From: the human T2T-CHM13v2.0 reference genome, Homo sapiens
Strand: one strand, 5' to 3'
NCBI RefSeq assembly: GCF_009914755.1
Contig: NC_060939.1
Length of the DNA: 64,000 nucleotides
The first letter of the stretch is position 1; every line of letters begins with the position of its first letter. Made by a program: the position numbers and the translations under genes. Positions 1-15,052 of the stretch are shown piece after piece. Under the pieces are notes generated by a model. That model was not told the origin of the DNA. It did no database searches and was given only the letters and a program-made list of their open reading frames with translations.

Positions 1-3000
1 CTTCTGATTAAGCAGTTTCAAAACAGTCCTTTTGTAGAGTCTGCAAAGGGATATTTGTGAGCCCTTTGAGGCCTATGGTGAAATAGGAAATATCTTCACA
101 TAAAAACTAGTCAGAAGATTTCGGAGAAACTTCTTTGTGATGTGTGCTTTCATCTCACAGAGTAGAACCTTTCTTTTGATGGAGCAGTTTGGAAACACAC
201 TTTTTCTAGAATCTGCAAATGGATATTTGGAGCAGTTTGAGTACTATGGTGAAAAAGGAAATATCTTCACATAAAAACTAGAAAGCAACATTCTATGAAT
301 CTACTTTGTTACGTGTGCTTTCATCTCACAGAGTTGAACCTTTCTATTCATTGAGCAGTTTGGAAACCATCATTTTGTAGAATCTGCAAATGGATATTTG
401 GAGAGGTGTGAGGCCTTCCTGAGAAAGGAAACATCTTTACATAAAAACTAGACAGAAGCATTCTGAGAAACTTCTTGGCGATGTGTGCATTTATCCCACA
501 GAGTTGAACCCTTCTTTATATTAAACAGTTTGGAAACTGTCTTTTTGTAGTATCTGTAGAGGGATGTTTGCAAGAATTTGAGGCCTATGGTGAACAAGGA
601 AATATATTCACATAAAAACTAGACAGAAGCTTTCTGAGAAACTTCTTTGTGATGTGTGAATTCATCTGACAGTGTTGAACCTTTCTTTGGATTGAGCAGT
701 TTGGAAACAATCCTTTTGTAGAATCTTCAAAAGTATATTTCTGAGCCCATTGAGGTCTATGGTGAAATATGATATATCTTCCCATAAAAACTAGACAGAA
801 GGTTTCTAAGAAACTTCTTTGTGATGTGTGCTTCCATCTCAGAGAGTTGAACTTTTCTTTTGATTGATCAGTTTGGAAACACTCTTTTTGTAGAATCTGC
901 AAATGGATATTTGGAGCGCTTTGAGGCCTATGGTGGAAAAGGAAATATCATCACATAAAAATTCGACAGAAGAATTCTGAGAAACTTCTTTTTGAGGCTT
1001 GCATTCTTCTACAGCTGAACATTTCTTTGATTTAATATTTGGAAACACTCTTTTTGTAGAATCTACAAATGGGTATTTGGAGTGCTTTGAGGCCTATGGT
1101 GAAAAAAGAAATATCTTCACATAAAAACTAGACAGATGCATTCTGCAAAACTTCTTTGTGATGTGTGCATTCATCTCACAGGGTTGAATCATTCTTTGGA
1201 TTCAGCAGTTTTCTAAACAGTCCTTTTGTAGAATCTGCAAAGGGATATTTATGAGCCCACTGAGTCCTATGGTGAAAAAGGAAATATCTTCAAATAAAAG
1301 CAAAACAGAAGCGTTCTGAGAACCTTCTTTTTGATGTGTGCATTCGTCTCTCAGCGTTGAAACTTTCTTTTGATTGAGCAGGTTGGAAACAGTCTTTTTG
1401 TAAGATCTGCAAAGGGATATTTCTGAGCCGTTTGTGGCTGATGATGAAAAAGATATATCTTCACATAAAAACTAGACAGAAGCATTCTGAGAAATCTCTT
1501 TCTGATGTGTGCATTCATCTCACAGAGTTGAATCTTTCTTTTGTGTGAACAGTTTGGAAACAGTCTTTTTTTTGCATATGCAAACGGATATTTGTGAGCC
1601 CTTTGCAGCCTAAGGTGAAATAGGAAATACCTTCACATAAAAACTAGACAGAATCTCTCTGAGAAAATGCTTTGTGATGTGTGCTTTAATCTCACAGAGG
1701 TGAAAATTTCTTTTGATTGAACAGTTTGGAAACAGTCTTTTTGTGGAATCTGCAAATGGATATTTGCAGTGCTTTTAGGCCTATGGAGAAAAAGGAAATA
1801 TCTTCACAAAAACACTAAAAAGAAGCTTTCTGAGAAACTTATTTGTGATGCGTGGACTCATTTCACAGAGCTGATCCTTTCTTTTGATTGAGCAGATTGG
1901 AAACCATCCTTTTGTACAATCTGCAAAGAGATATTTTTGAGCCGTTTGATGCCTATGGTGAAAAAGAATTATCTTCACATAAAAAGTAGACAGAATCATT
2001 CTGAGAAACTCCTTTGTGATGTGTGCATTCACCTCACAGAGTTGAACCTTTCTTTTCTTGGAGCAGTTTGGAAACAGTCTTTTTGTAGTATCTGCAGAGG
2101 GATATTTGTGAGCAGTTTAAGGCCTATGGTGAAAAAGGAAATATCTTCACATTAAACTAGACAGAAGCATTCTGAGAAACTTATTTTTTATGTGTGAATT
2201 AATCTCACAGAGATGAATCTTTCTTTTCATTGAGCAGTTTGGAAAGAATCTTTTATACAAAGTGCAAAGGGATATTTCTGAGTGCTTTGAGGTCTATAGT
2301 GAAAAAGAAATATCTTCACAGAAAAACTAGACAGAAGCATTCTGAGAAACTTCTTTTTTAATGTGTGCATTCACCTCACAGAGTTGAAACTTTCTTTTCA
2401 TTGAGAAGTTTGGAAACAGTCTTTTTGTGGAATTTGCAAATGGATGTTTTGCGTGTTTTGAGGCCTATGGTGAAAAAGTAAATATCTTCACATTAAAACT
2501 AGACAGAAGCATTCTGAGAAACTTCTTTGTGACGTGTACATTCATCTCATGCTGTTGAGCCTATCTTTTGATTGAGCAGATTGGAAACAGTATTTTTGTT
2601 GTATCTGCAGAGGGATATTTGTGAGCGGTTTGAGGTCTATGGTGAAAAAGGGAATACCTTCACATAAAAACTAAACAGAAGCATTATGGGAAACGTCTCT
2701 GTGATGTGTGCATTCAACTCACCGAGGTGAAACTTTCTTTAGATTGAGCAGTTTGGAAACTATACTTTTTTAGAATCTGCAAAGGGATATTTCTGAGCCC
2801 ATTGAGGCCTAGGGTGAAAAAGAAATATCTTCACATAAAAACTGGACAGGTGCATTCTGAGAAACTTCTTTGTGATGTGTCCATTCATCTCACAGAGTTG
2901 AACCTTTCTTTGGATTGAGCAGTTTGGACAGTCTTTTTGTAGAATCTGTAAAAAATATTTGTGATCCCTTTACAGCCTATGTTGAAAAAGGAAATATCTT

Positions 3001-6000
3001 CACATAAAAACTAGACAGGAGCTTTCTGAGAAACTACTTTGTGATGTGTGCCTTCTTCTCACAGAGTTGAACCTATCTTTTGAATGAGCAGTTTGGAAAT
3101 GCTCTTTTTGTAGAGTCTGTAAATGTATATTTGGAGCATTTTGAGGCCTGTGGTGAGAAAGGAAATATCTTCACATAAAAACCAGACAGAAGCATTCTGA
3201 GAAGCTTCTTTGTGATGTGTGTATTCATCTCACAGAGTTGAATATTTCTTTGGATGCAGCAGTTTGGAAACAGTCTTTTTGTAGTATCTGCAGAGGGATA
3301 TTCATGAACAGTTTAAGGCCTATGGTTAAAAAGGATATATCTTCACAGAAAACCTCGACAGATCCATTCTGAGAAACTTCTTTGAGATGTGTGCATTCAT
3401 CTCACAGAGTTGAACCTTTCTTTGGATTGAGCAGTTTTCTAAACAGACCTTTTGCAGAATCTACAAAGGGATACTTCTGAGCCCATTGAGGCCTATGGTG
3501 AAAAAGGAAATATCTTCACATGAAATCTTAACAGAAGCTTTCTGAGAAACTTCTTTGTGATGTGTGCATTCACCTCACAGTGTTGAAACTTTCTTTTGAT
3601 TGAGCAGTTTGGAAACAGTCTTTTTGTACAATCTGCAAAGGGATATTTCTGAGCCATTTGAGGCCCATCGAGAGAGAAATATCTTCATATAAAAACTAGA
3701 CAAAAGCATTCTGAGAAACTTCTTTGTAATGTGTGCATTCATCACACATAGTTGAAATTTTCCTCTGATTGAGCAGTTTGGAGACAGTATTTTTGTATAA
3801 TATGCAAAAGGATATTTGTGAGCCCTTTCAGGACTATGGTGAAATAGGGAATATCTTCACAAAAAAACTAGACAGAAGCTTTCTGAGAAACTTCTTTGTG
3901 ATGCGTGCTTTCATCTAACAGAGTTGAACTTTTCTTTTGATTGGGCAGTTTGGAAACAGTCTTTTTGTAGAATCTGAAGATGGATATTTGCAGCGTTTCA
4001 GGCCTATGGTGAACAGGAAATTTCTTCACATAAAAACTAGAGAGAAGCATTCTGAGAAACTTCTTTGTGATGTGTGCATTCATGTCACAGAGTTGAAACT
4101 TTCCTTGGATTGAGCAGTTTGGAAAGAGTCCTTTTGTAGAATCTGCAAAGGGATATTTGTGAGCACATAGGGGGCCTATGGTGAAATAGGAAATGTCTTC
4201 ATATAAAAACTAGACAGAAGTTTTCTGTAAAACTTCTTTGTGTTGTGTGCTTTCACCTCACAGAGTTGAACATCTCTTTTGATTGAGCAGTTTGGAAACA
4301 CTCTTTTTGTAGGACTTGCAAACGGATATTTGGAGTGCTTTGAGGCCTATGGTGAAAAAGAAAATATCTGTATATAAAAACTAGACAGAAACTTTCTGAG
4401 AAACTTCCTTGTGATGTGTACTTTCATCTCACAGATTTGGACCTTGCTTTTCATTGAGCAGTTTGGCAACAATTCATTTTGTAGAATCTGCAAAGGGATA
4501 TTTGTGAGTGGTTTGAGGCCTATGGTGAAAAAGTAAATATCTTCACCTAAAACCTAGACAGAAGCATTTTGAGAAAACTCTTTGTGATGTTTGCATTCAT
4601 CTCACTGAGTTGAACCTTTCTGTTCATTGAGCAGTGTGGAAACATACTTTTTGTGCAATCTGTAAAGGAATATTGGTTTGCAGTTTGAGACCTATGTTGA
4701 AAAAGTAATATCTTCACATAAAAACAGACAGAAGCCTTCTGAGAAACTAATTTTTTATGTGTGCTTTGATCTCACAGAGTTGAACCTTTCTTTTGATGAA
4801 GCAGTTCGGAAACAGTTTTTTGTAAAATCAGAATAGGGATATTTGTGATCCCTTTGAGGCCAAAGGTGAAAAAGGAAATATCTTCACATAAAAATGAGAT
4901 AGAAACTTTCTGAGAAACTTCTTTGTGTCGTGGGCTTTCATCTCACAGATGTGAACCTTTATTTTGATTGAGCAGTTTGGAAAGAGTCTTTTTGTAGAAT
5001 CTGCGAATGTACATTTGGAGCGTTTTAAGGCCTAGAGTGAAAAAGGAAATATCTTCACATAAAAACAACACAGTAGCTTTTTGAGAAATCTCTTTGTGAC
5101 ATTTTAATTCATCTCTAAGAGTTGACCATTTATTTTCATTGAGCAGTTTGGAAACAGTCTTTTTGTACAAAATGCAAAGGGATACTTCTGAGCAGTTTGA
5201 GGTCAATGGTTAAAAATAAATATCTTCACATGAAACCTAGACAGAAGCATTTTGAGAAACTTCTTTGTGATGTGTGCATTCTTCTCACAGAGTTGAACCT
5301 TTCTTTGGATTTAGCAATTTGGAGAAAGTCTCTTGGTAGTACAAGTGGAGTTATATTTGTGAGCGATTTAAGGCCTATGGTGCAAAAGGAAACACCTTCA
5401 CATAAAAAGTAGACAGAAGCTTTCTGAGAAACTTTGTAATGTGTGTTTTTGTCTCACAGATTTGAGCCTTTCTTTTGATTGACCAGTTTGGAAACATTCT
5501 TTTTGTAGAATCTGCAAATGGATATTTGGAACAATTTGAGACCTATGGTGAAAAAGGAAATATCTTCACATAAAAACTAGACAGAAGAATTCTGAGAAAC
5601 TTCTTTGTGATGAGTGCATTCATCTCACATAGTTGAAACATTCTATATGGACCAGTTTGGAAACAGTCTTTTTGTAGTACCTGCAGAGGGATATTTTTGA
5701 GTGGTTTAAAGACTATGGTGAAAAAGGAAATATCTTCACATAATAACCAGACAGAAGCATTCCGAGAAACTTCTTTGTGATGTGTGCATTCATCTCACAA
5801 TGTTGAACGTTTCTATTGATTGAGCAGTTTGGAAACAGAACTTTTGTAGAATCTGCAAAGGGATATTTCTGAGCCCATTGATTCCTATGGCAAAATAGGA
5901 ATTATCTTGAGATAAAAACTAGACAGAAGATTTCTGAGAAACTTCTTTGTGATGTGTGCTTTCATCTCACAGAGTTGAAAATTTCTTTTGATTGAGCAGT

Positions 6001-9000
6001 TTGGAAACAGTCTTTTTGTATAATCTGCAAATGGATATTTGGAGCACTTTGTGGCCTAATGTGAAAATGGAAATATCTTCACATAAAAACTAGACAGAAG
6101 AATTCTGAGAAAATTATTTGTGATTTGTGCATTCATCTCAGAGAGGTGAACTTTTCTTTTGATGGAGCTGTTTGGAAACAGTCTTTTTATAGTGTCTGCA
6201 GAAGGATATTTGTGAGCGGTTTAAGGCCTATGGTGAAAAAGGAAATATCTTCACATAAAAACTAGACAGAAGCTTTCTGAGAAACTTCTTTGTGATGTGT
6301 GCATTCATCACACAGTGTTGAAACTTTATTTTGTTTGAGCAGTTTAGAAACAGTCTTTTACTGCAATCTGCAAAGGTATATTTCTGAGCCATTTGAGGTC
6401 TATGGTGAAAAAGAAATATCTTCACATTGAAACTAGACAGAAGCATTCTGAGGAACTTCTTTGTGAGGTCTCCATTCATCTGACAGAGTTGAAAGTTTCT
6501 TTTAATTCAGCACTTTGGAAACCATATTTTTGTAGAATCTGCAAAGGGATATTTTTGAGACATTTGAAGCCTATAGTGAAATAGTAAATATCTTCACATA
6601 AAAACTAGACAGGAGAATTCTGAGAAACTTCATTCTGATGTGTGCATTCACCTCACAGAATTTAACCTTTCTTTTGATTGAGCAGTATGGAAATGGTCGT
6701 CTTTTAGAATCTGGAAAGGGATATTTCTTAGCCCTTTGAGGCCTATGGTGAAACTGGAAATATCTTCACATGAAAACTAGACCAAAGCTTTTTGAGAAAT
6801 TTCTTTGAGATGTGTGCTTTCATCTCACAGAGTTAAAACTTTCTTTTGATTGAGCAGTTTAGAAACACTCTTTTTGTGAAATCTGTAAATGGATATTAGG
6901 AGCACTTTGAGGCCAATGGTGACAAAGGATATATCTTCATGTAAAAACTAAACAGAAGTTTTCTGAGAAACTACTTTTTGATGTGTCCATTCATCTCACA
7001 GAGTTGAACCTTTCCTTTGATTGAGCAGGTTGGAAAGAGGCTTATTGTACAATCTGCAAAGGAATAATTCTGATCCGTTTGAGGCCTATGGTGAAAGAGA
7101 AATATATTCACATAAAAACTAGACAGAATCATTCCGAGAAATTTCTTTGTGATGTGTCCATTCATCTCACAGAGTTGAACCTTTCTTTTGATTGAGCAGT
7201 TTGGAAACAGTCTTTTTGTAAAACCTTCAAAGGGATATTTGTGAGCCCTTTATGGCCTCAGGTGAAATAGGAAGTATCTTCACATACATACTAGAGAGAA
7301 GCTGTCTGAGTAACATTTTTGTGATGTGTGCTTTCATCTCAGAGAGGTAAAAATTTGTTTTGATTGAACAGTTTTGAAACAGCCTTTTTGTAGAATCTGC
7401 AAATGGATGTTTGGATTGCTTTGAGGCCTATGTTGAGAAAGGTAATATCTTCACATAAAAACAAGACAGCAGATTTCTGAGAAACTCCTCTTTTATGTGT
7501 GCATTCATCTCACCGGTTTGAACCTTTCTTTTGATTGAGCAGTTTGGAAACAGTTTTTTTGTACAATCTGCAAAGGGATATTTCTGAGTCATTTGAGGCC
7601 CTTCAAGAGAGAAATATCTTCATATAAAAACTAGACAGAAGCATTATGATAAACTAATTTATTATGTGTGCATTCGTCTCACAGAGATGAACCTTTCTTT
7701 TTATTTAGCAGTTCAAAAACTTTTTGTAGAGTCTGCAAAGGGATATTTGTGAGAACTTTGAGGCCTATGGTGATATAGGAAATATCTTCACAAAAAAAGT
7801 AGACAGAAGCATTATGAGAAACTTCTTCATGATGTGTGCTTTCTTCTCACAGATTTGAATCTTTCTTTTAATTGAACAGTTTGGAAACTCTCTTTTTGTA
7901 GAGTTTGCAAAAGGATATTTGGATTGCTTTGAGGCCTATGGTGAAAAAGGAAATATTTTCACTTAAAAACTAAACAGAAGCTTTCTGAAAAACTTCTCTG
8001 TGATGTGAGTATTCATGTCACAGTGTTGAACCTTTGTTTTCATTGAGCAGTTTGGAAACCATCTTTTTGTACAATCTGCAAAGGGATATTTCTGAGCAGT
8101 TTGAGGCCTACGGTGAAAAACAAATATCTTAACACAAAAACTAGACAGAGGCATTCTGAGAAACTTCTTATTCATGTGTGCATTCATCTCCCAGAGTTGA
8201 ACCTTTCTTTTCATTGAGAAATTCAGAAACAGTCTTTTTGTAGAATTTGGAAAAGGATATATGTGATCCCACTGAGGCCCATGGTGAAATGGGAAATATC
8301 TTCACAGGAAAACCAGACAGAAGCATTCTGAGAAACTTCTTTGTGATGTTTGCATTCATCTCACAGAGTTGAAACTTTCTTTTGATTGAGCAGTTTAGAA
8401 AAACTCTTTCTGAAGTATCTGCAAAAGGATATTTGGAGCACTTTGTGGCTTGTGGTGAAAAACTAAATATCTTCACATAAAATCTAGTGAGAAGCTTTCT
8501 GAAGAACTTCTTTGTGATGTGTGCTTTCATCTCACAGAGTTGAAAATTTCTTTTGATTGAGCAGTTTGGAAACAGTGTTTTGTAGAATCTGCAAATCGAT
8601 AATTGGATTGCTTTGAGGCCTATCGTTAGAAGGGAAATATCTTCACATAAATACTAGACAGAAGATTTCTGAGAAACTTCTTTGTGATGTGTGCTTTCAT
8701 CTCACAGAGTTGAACTGTTCTTTTGATTGAGCAGTTAGGAAACTGTCTTTATCTACAATCTGCAAAGGGATATTTCTGAGGGGTTTGAGGCCTATGGTGA
8801 AAAAGAAATATCTTCACATAAAAACCAGACAGAAGCATTATGAGGAACTTCTTTGTGATGTGTGCTTTCATCTAACAGATTTGAAACTTTCTTTTGATTG
8901 AACACTTTGGAAACAGTCTTTTTGTACAGTCTACAAAGGGATATTTCTGAACGGTTTGGTGCCTATGGTGAAAAAGGAATATCTTCACTTAAAAACTAGA

Positions 9001-11096
9001 CAGAAGAATTGTGAGAAACTTCTTTTTTATGTGTGCAGTTGTCTCACAGAGTTGAACCTTTCTTTACATGGAGCAGTTTGAAAACAATCTTTTTGTAGAG
9101 TCTGCAATGGGATATTTGTGAGCTCGTTGAGGCCTATGGTGAAATATGAAATATCTTCACATAAAAACCAGACAGAAGCATTATGAGGAACTTCTTTGTG
9201 ATGTGTGGTTTCATCTCACAGAGATGAAGGTTTCCTTTGATTGAACAGTTTTCAAGCAGCCTTTTTGTTGTATCTGCAGAGGGATATTTGGGAGCTGTTT
9301 AAGGCCTATGGTGAAAAAGGAAATATCTTCACATCAAAAGTAGACAGAAGCATTCTGAGAAACTTATTTATGATGTGTGCATTCATCTCACAGAGTTGAA
9401 CGTTTTTTTGTGATTGAGCCGTTTGGAAACAGTCTTTTTGTGGAATCTGCAAATGGATATTTGGAGCACTTTGAGGCCTATTGTGAAGAAGGAATTATCT
9501 TCACATAAAAACTAGACAGATACATTCTGATAAACTTCTTTGTGATGTTTGCATTCATCTCACAGAGTTGAACCTTTCTTTGCATTTGACAGTTTGGAAA
9601 CAGTCTTTTTGTACAATATGCAAAGGGATATTTCTGAACCATTTGAGGCCTATGGTGAAAAATAAATATGTCAGATAAAAACTAGACAGAAGCATTCTGA
9701 GAAACTTCTTTTTCATGTGTGCATTTATCTCACAGAGTTGAACCTTTCTTTTCATGTAGCTGTTTGGAAATAGTCTTTTTGTAGAATCTGCAAATGGATA
9801 TTTGGAGCATTTTGAGGCCTGTTGTGAAAAAGGAAATATCTTCATGCAAAAACTAGACAGAAGCATTCTGAGAAACTTCTTTGTGATGTGTACATTCATT
9901 TCACAGAGATGAAGGTTTCCTTTGATTGAACAGTTTTCAAGCAGTCCTTTTGTAGTATCTGCAGAGGGATATTTGGGAGCCGTTTAAAGCCTATGGTGAA
10001 AAAGGAAATATCTTCACATAAAAACTAGACAGAAGGATACTGAGAAACTTCTTTATGATGTGCGCATTCATCTCACAGAGTTGAACCTGTCTTTTCATTG
10101 AGCAATTTGGAAACAGTCTTTTTGTGCAATCTTCAAAGGGATGTTTCTTAGCCATTTGAGGCCTATGGTGAAAAAGACATACCTTCACATAAAAACTAGG
10201 CAGAAGCCTTCTGAGAAACTTCTTTGTGATGTGTCCATTCATCTCACATAGTTGAACCTTTGTTTTTGATTGAGCTGTTTGGAAACTGTCTTTTTGTAGA
10301 GTCCGCAAAGGGATATTTGTGAGACCTTTATGGCCTATGGTGAAACAGGAAATATCTTCACATAAAAACTAGACAAACAGTCTGAGAAACTTATTTGTGA
10401 TGTGTGCTTTCATCTCACAGAGTTGAAACTTTCTTTTGATTGAGCAGTTTGGAAAGAGGCCTTTTGAAGTATCTGAAAAGAGACATTTTTGAGCCCATTG
10501 AGGCCTATGCTGAAAGAGGAAATATCTTCACATATAAGATAAACAAAAACTTTCTGAGAAAATTCTTTGTGATATGTGCTTTCATCTCACAGAGTAGAAT
10601 TTTTCTTTTCATTGAGCAGTTTGGAAACAGTCTTTTTGTAACAGCTGCATAGGGATATTTCTGAGTGGTTTCAGGCCTATGGTGACAAAGAAATATCTTC
10701 ACATAAAAACTAGACAGAAGCATTCTGAGAAACTTCTTTTTTAGGTGTGAATTCATCTCACAGAGTTGAAACTTACTTTTCATTGAGCAGTTCTGTAACA
10801 GTCTTTTTGTAGAATCTGCAAAAGGATATTTGTGAGCCCTTTGAGGCCTATGGTGTAACAGGAAATACCTTCACTTAAAAACTAGACAGAAGCATTCTGA
10901 GTAACTTCTTTGTGATTTGTGCTTTCATCTCACAGAGTTGAACCTTTCTTTTGATTGAGCAGTTTGCAAAAACTCTTTTTGTACAATCTGCAAAAGATAT
11001 TTGGTGCACTTTGTAGACTATGGTGAAAAAGGAAATATCTTCACATAAAAACTGGAAAGAAATTTTCTGAGAAACTTCTTTGTGCTGTGCACTTTC
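1..11096 (+). repeat. Diverged monomeric alpha-satellite array (~65 monomers of ~171 bp), forward orientation
   Basis: Continuous ~171-bp periodicity of cattctgagaaacttctttgtgatgtgtgcattcatctcacagagttgaac...ggcctatggtgaaaaaggaaatatcttcacataaaaactagacagaag. Neighbouring monomers differ at many positions. Runs off the left edge of the window. Confidence 0.98.
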
Positions 11097-12675
<1,579 letters not shown>

Positions 12676-15052
12676 GAAACTTCTTTGTGATGTGTTCATT
12701 CATCTCACAGAGTTGAACCTTTCTTTTGATTGGGCAGTTTGGAAACAGTCTTTTTGTAGAATCTGCAAAGTGATATGTTTCAGTGGTTTGAATCCAATGG
12801 TGAAAAAGGAAATGTCGAAAAATAAAATGTAGACAGCAGCTTTCTGAAGAATTACTTTGTGATGTGTGCATTCATCTCACAGGGTTGAAACTTCCTTTGA
12901 TTGATCAGTTTGGAAACAGTCTTTTCGTAGAACCTGCAAAGTGATATTTGTGAACGCTTTGAGGCTTATGGTGAAAAAGGAAATATCTTCACATAAAAAC
13001 TAAACTCATGTTTTCTCGGAAACTTCTTTGTGATGGGGGTATGCATCTCAAAGACTTGAATCTTTCTTTTGATTGAGCAGTTTGGAAACAGTCTTTTTGG
13101 AGAATCTGCAAAGGCATGTTTTTGAGTGGTTTGAGGCATGTGATGAAAAAGGAAATATCTTCATATAAAAACTAGACAGAAGCATTCTGAGAAACCACTT
13201 TGCAATGCATGCATTCATCTCACAGAGTTGAATTTTCTTTCATTGAGCAGATTGGAAACACTCTTTTTGTAGAATATGCAAAGTGATATTTGTGAGCTTT
13301 CTGAGGCCTATTGTGAAAAAGGAAATATCCACAAGTAAAATCTAGACAGAAGCCTTCTGGGAAACTTCGTTGTGATGTGTGCATTCATCACACAGAGTTG
13401 AACCTTTCTTTTGATTGAGCAGTTTGGAAACAGTCTTTTCATAGAATCTGCAAGGGAAAATTTGGGAACGCTTTGAGGCTTATGGTGAAAAAGAAGTATC
13501 TTCACATAAAAACTAGACAGAAACGTCTGAGAAACTTCTTTTTGATGTGTGCATTCATCTCACACAGCTGAACTTTCATTTGATTGAGCAGTTTGGAAAT
13601 AGTCCTTCTGTAGAATCTGCAAACGGTTATTTATGAGCAGTTTGAGGCCTATGGTGAAAAAGGGAGTATCGACAAATAAAAACTAGACAGAAACTTTCTG
13701 AGAAACTTCTCTGTGACGTGTGAATTCATCTCACAGAGTAGAAGCTTCCTTTGATTGAGCAGTTTGGAAACAGTCTTTTTGTAGAATCTGCAAAGGGTTA
13801 TATATAGGTGGTTTCAGGTCTATGGTGAAAACGGAAATATCTTCACAGGAAAACTAGACAGAAGCTTTCTGAGAAAATTCTTTGAGATGTGCACATTCAT
13901 CTCACAGATTTGAAGTGTTCTTTTCCTTGACCAGTTTGGATAGAGTCTTTTTGTAGAATCTGCTTTGCGATATTTGTGAACCCTTTGAAGCCTATGTTGA
14001 AAAAAGTAATATCTTCACACAAAAACGAGACAGAAGCTTTCTGAGAAACTTCGTTGTGATGTGTGCATTCATCCCAAAAGTTGAACCTGTCTTTGGATTG
14101 AGCAGTTTGGAAACAGTCCTTTGTAGAATGTACAAAGGGATATTTGGGATCCCTTTTTGGTTTATGGTGAAAAAGGAAATGTCTTCAGATAAAAACTAGA
14201 CAGAAGCATTCTGAGAAACTTATTTTTGATGTGTGCATTCTTCTCACAGAGTTAAACCTTTCTTTAGATAGAGCAGATTGGAAAATGTCTTTTTGTAGAA
14301 TCTGAAAGTGATAATTTGAATGCTTTGAGACTTATGGTGAAAAAGGAAATATCTTCACATAAAAACTGGATGGAAGCTTTCTGAGAAACTTCTTGTGATG
14401 TGTGCATTCATCTCAAAGAGTTGAAGCTTTGTTTCAGTTGAGCAGTTTGGTAACAGTCTTTTTGTAAAATCTGTAAAGGGACATTTGTGAGCACTTTGAG
14501 GCCTATATTGAAAAAGGAAACATCTTCAAATAAATACTAGAAAGAAGCTTTCTGAGAAACTTCTTTGTGATGTGTGCATTCACCTCACAGAGTTGAAGCT
14601 TTCTTTTGATTGAGTAGTTTGGAAACAGTCTTTTTGTAGAATCTGCAAAGGGTTATTTATGAGCGGTTTGAGGTCTATGGTGAAAAAGGGAGTATCAACA
14701 AATAAAAATGAGACAGAAACTTTCTGAGAAACTTCTCTGTGATGTGTGCATTCATCTTACAGAGTGGAAGCTTTCTTTGATTGAGCAGTTTGGAAACAGT
14801 CTTTTTGTAGATCTTCAAAGAGTTATTCATGAGCGGATTGAGGCCTATGGTGAAAAAGAGAATATCAACAAATAAAAACTATACAGAAATTTTCTGAGAA
14901 ACTTCTCTGTGATGTGTGTATTCATCTCGCAGGGTGGAAGCTTTCTTTGATTGAGCAGTTTGGAAACAGTATTTTTGTAGAATCTGCAAAGAGATATATG
15001 TAGGCGGTTTGAGGTCTATGGTGAAAACGGAAATATCTTCACATAAAAACTA
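12676..15052 (+). repeat. Alpha-satellite, forward orientation (~14 monomers), ending at the inversion junction
   Basis: Same 171-bp unit with block-specific variants (aaagtgatatttgtg, gggagtatc(g/a)acaaataaaaa). Last forward bases are ...cttcacataaaaacta. Confidence 0.97.
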
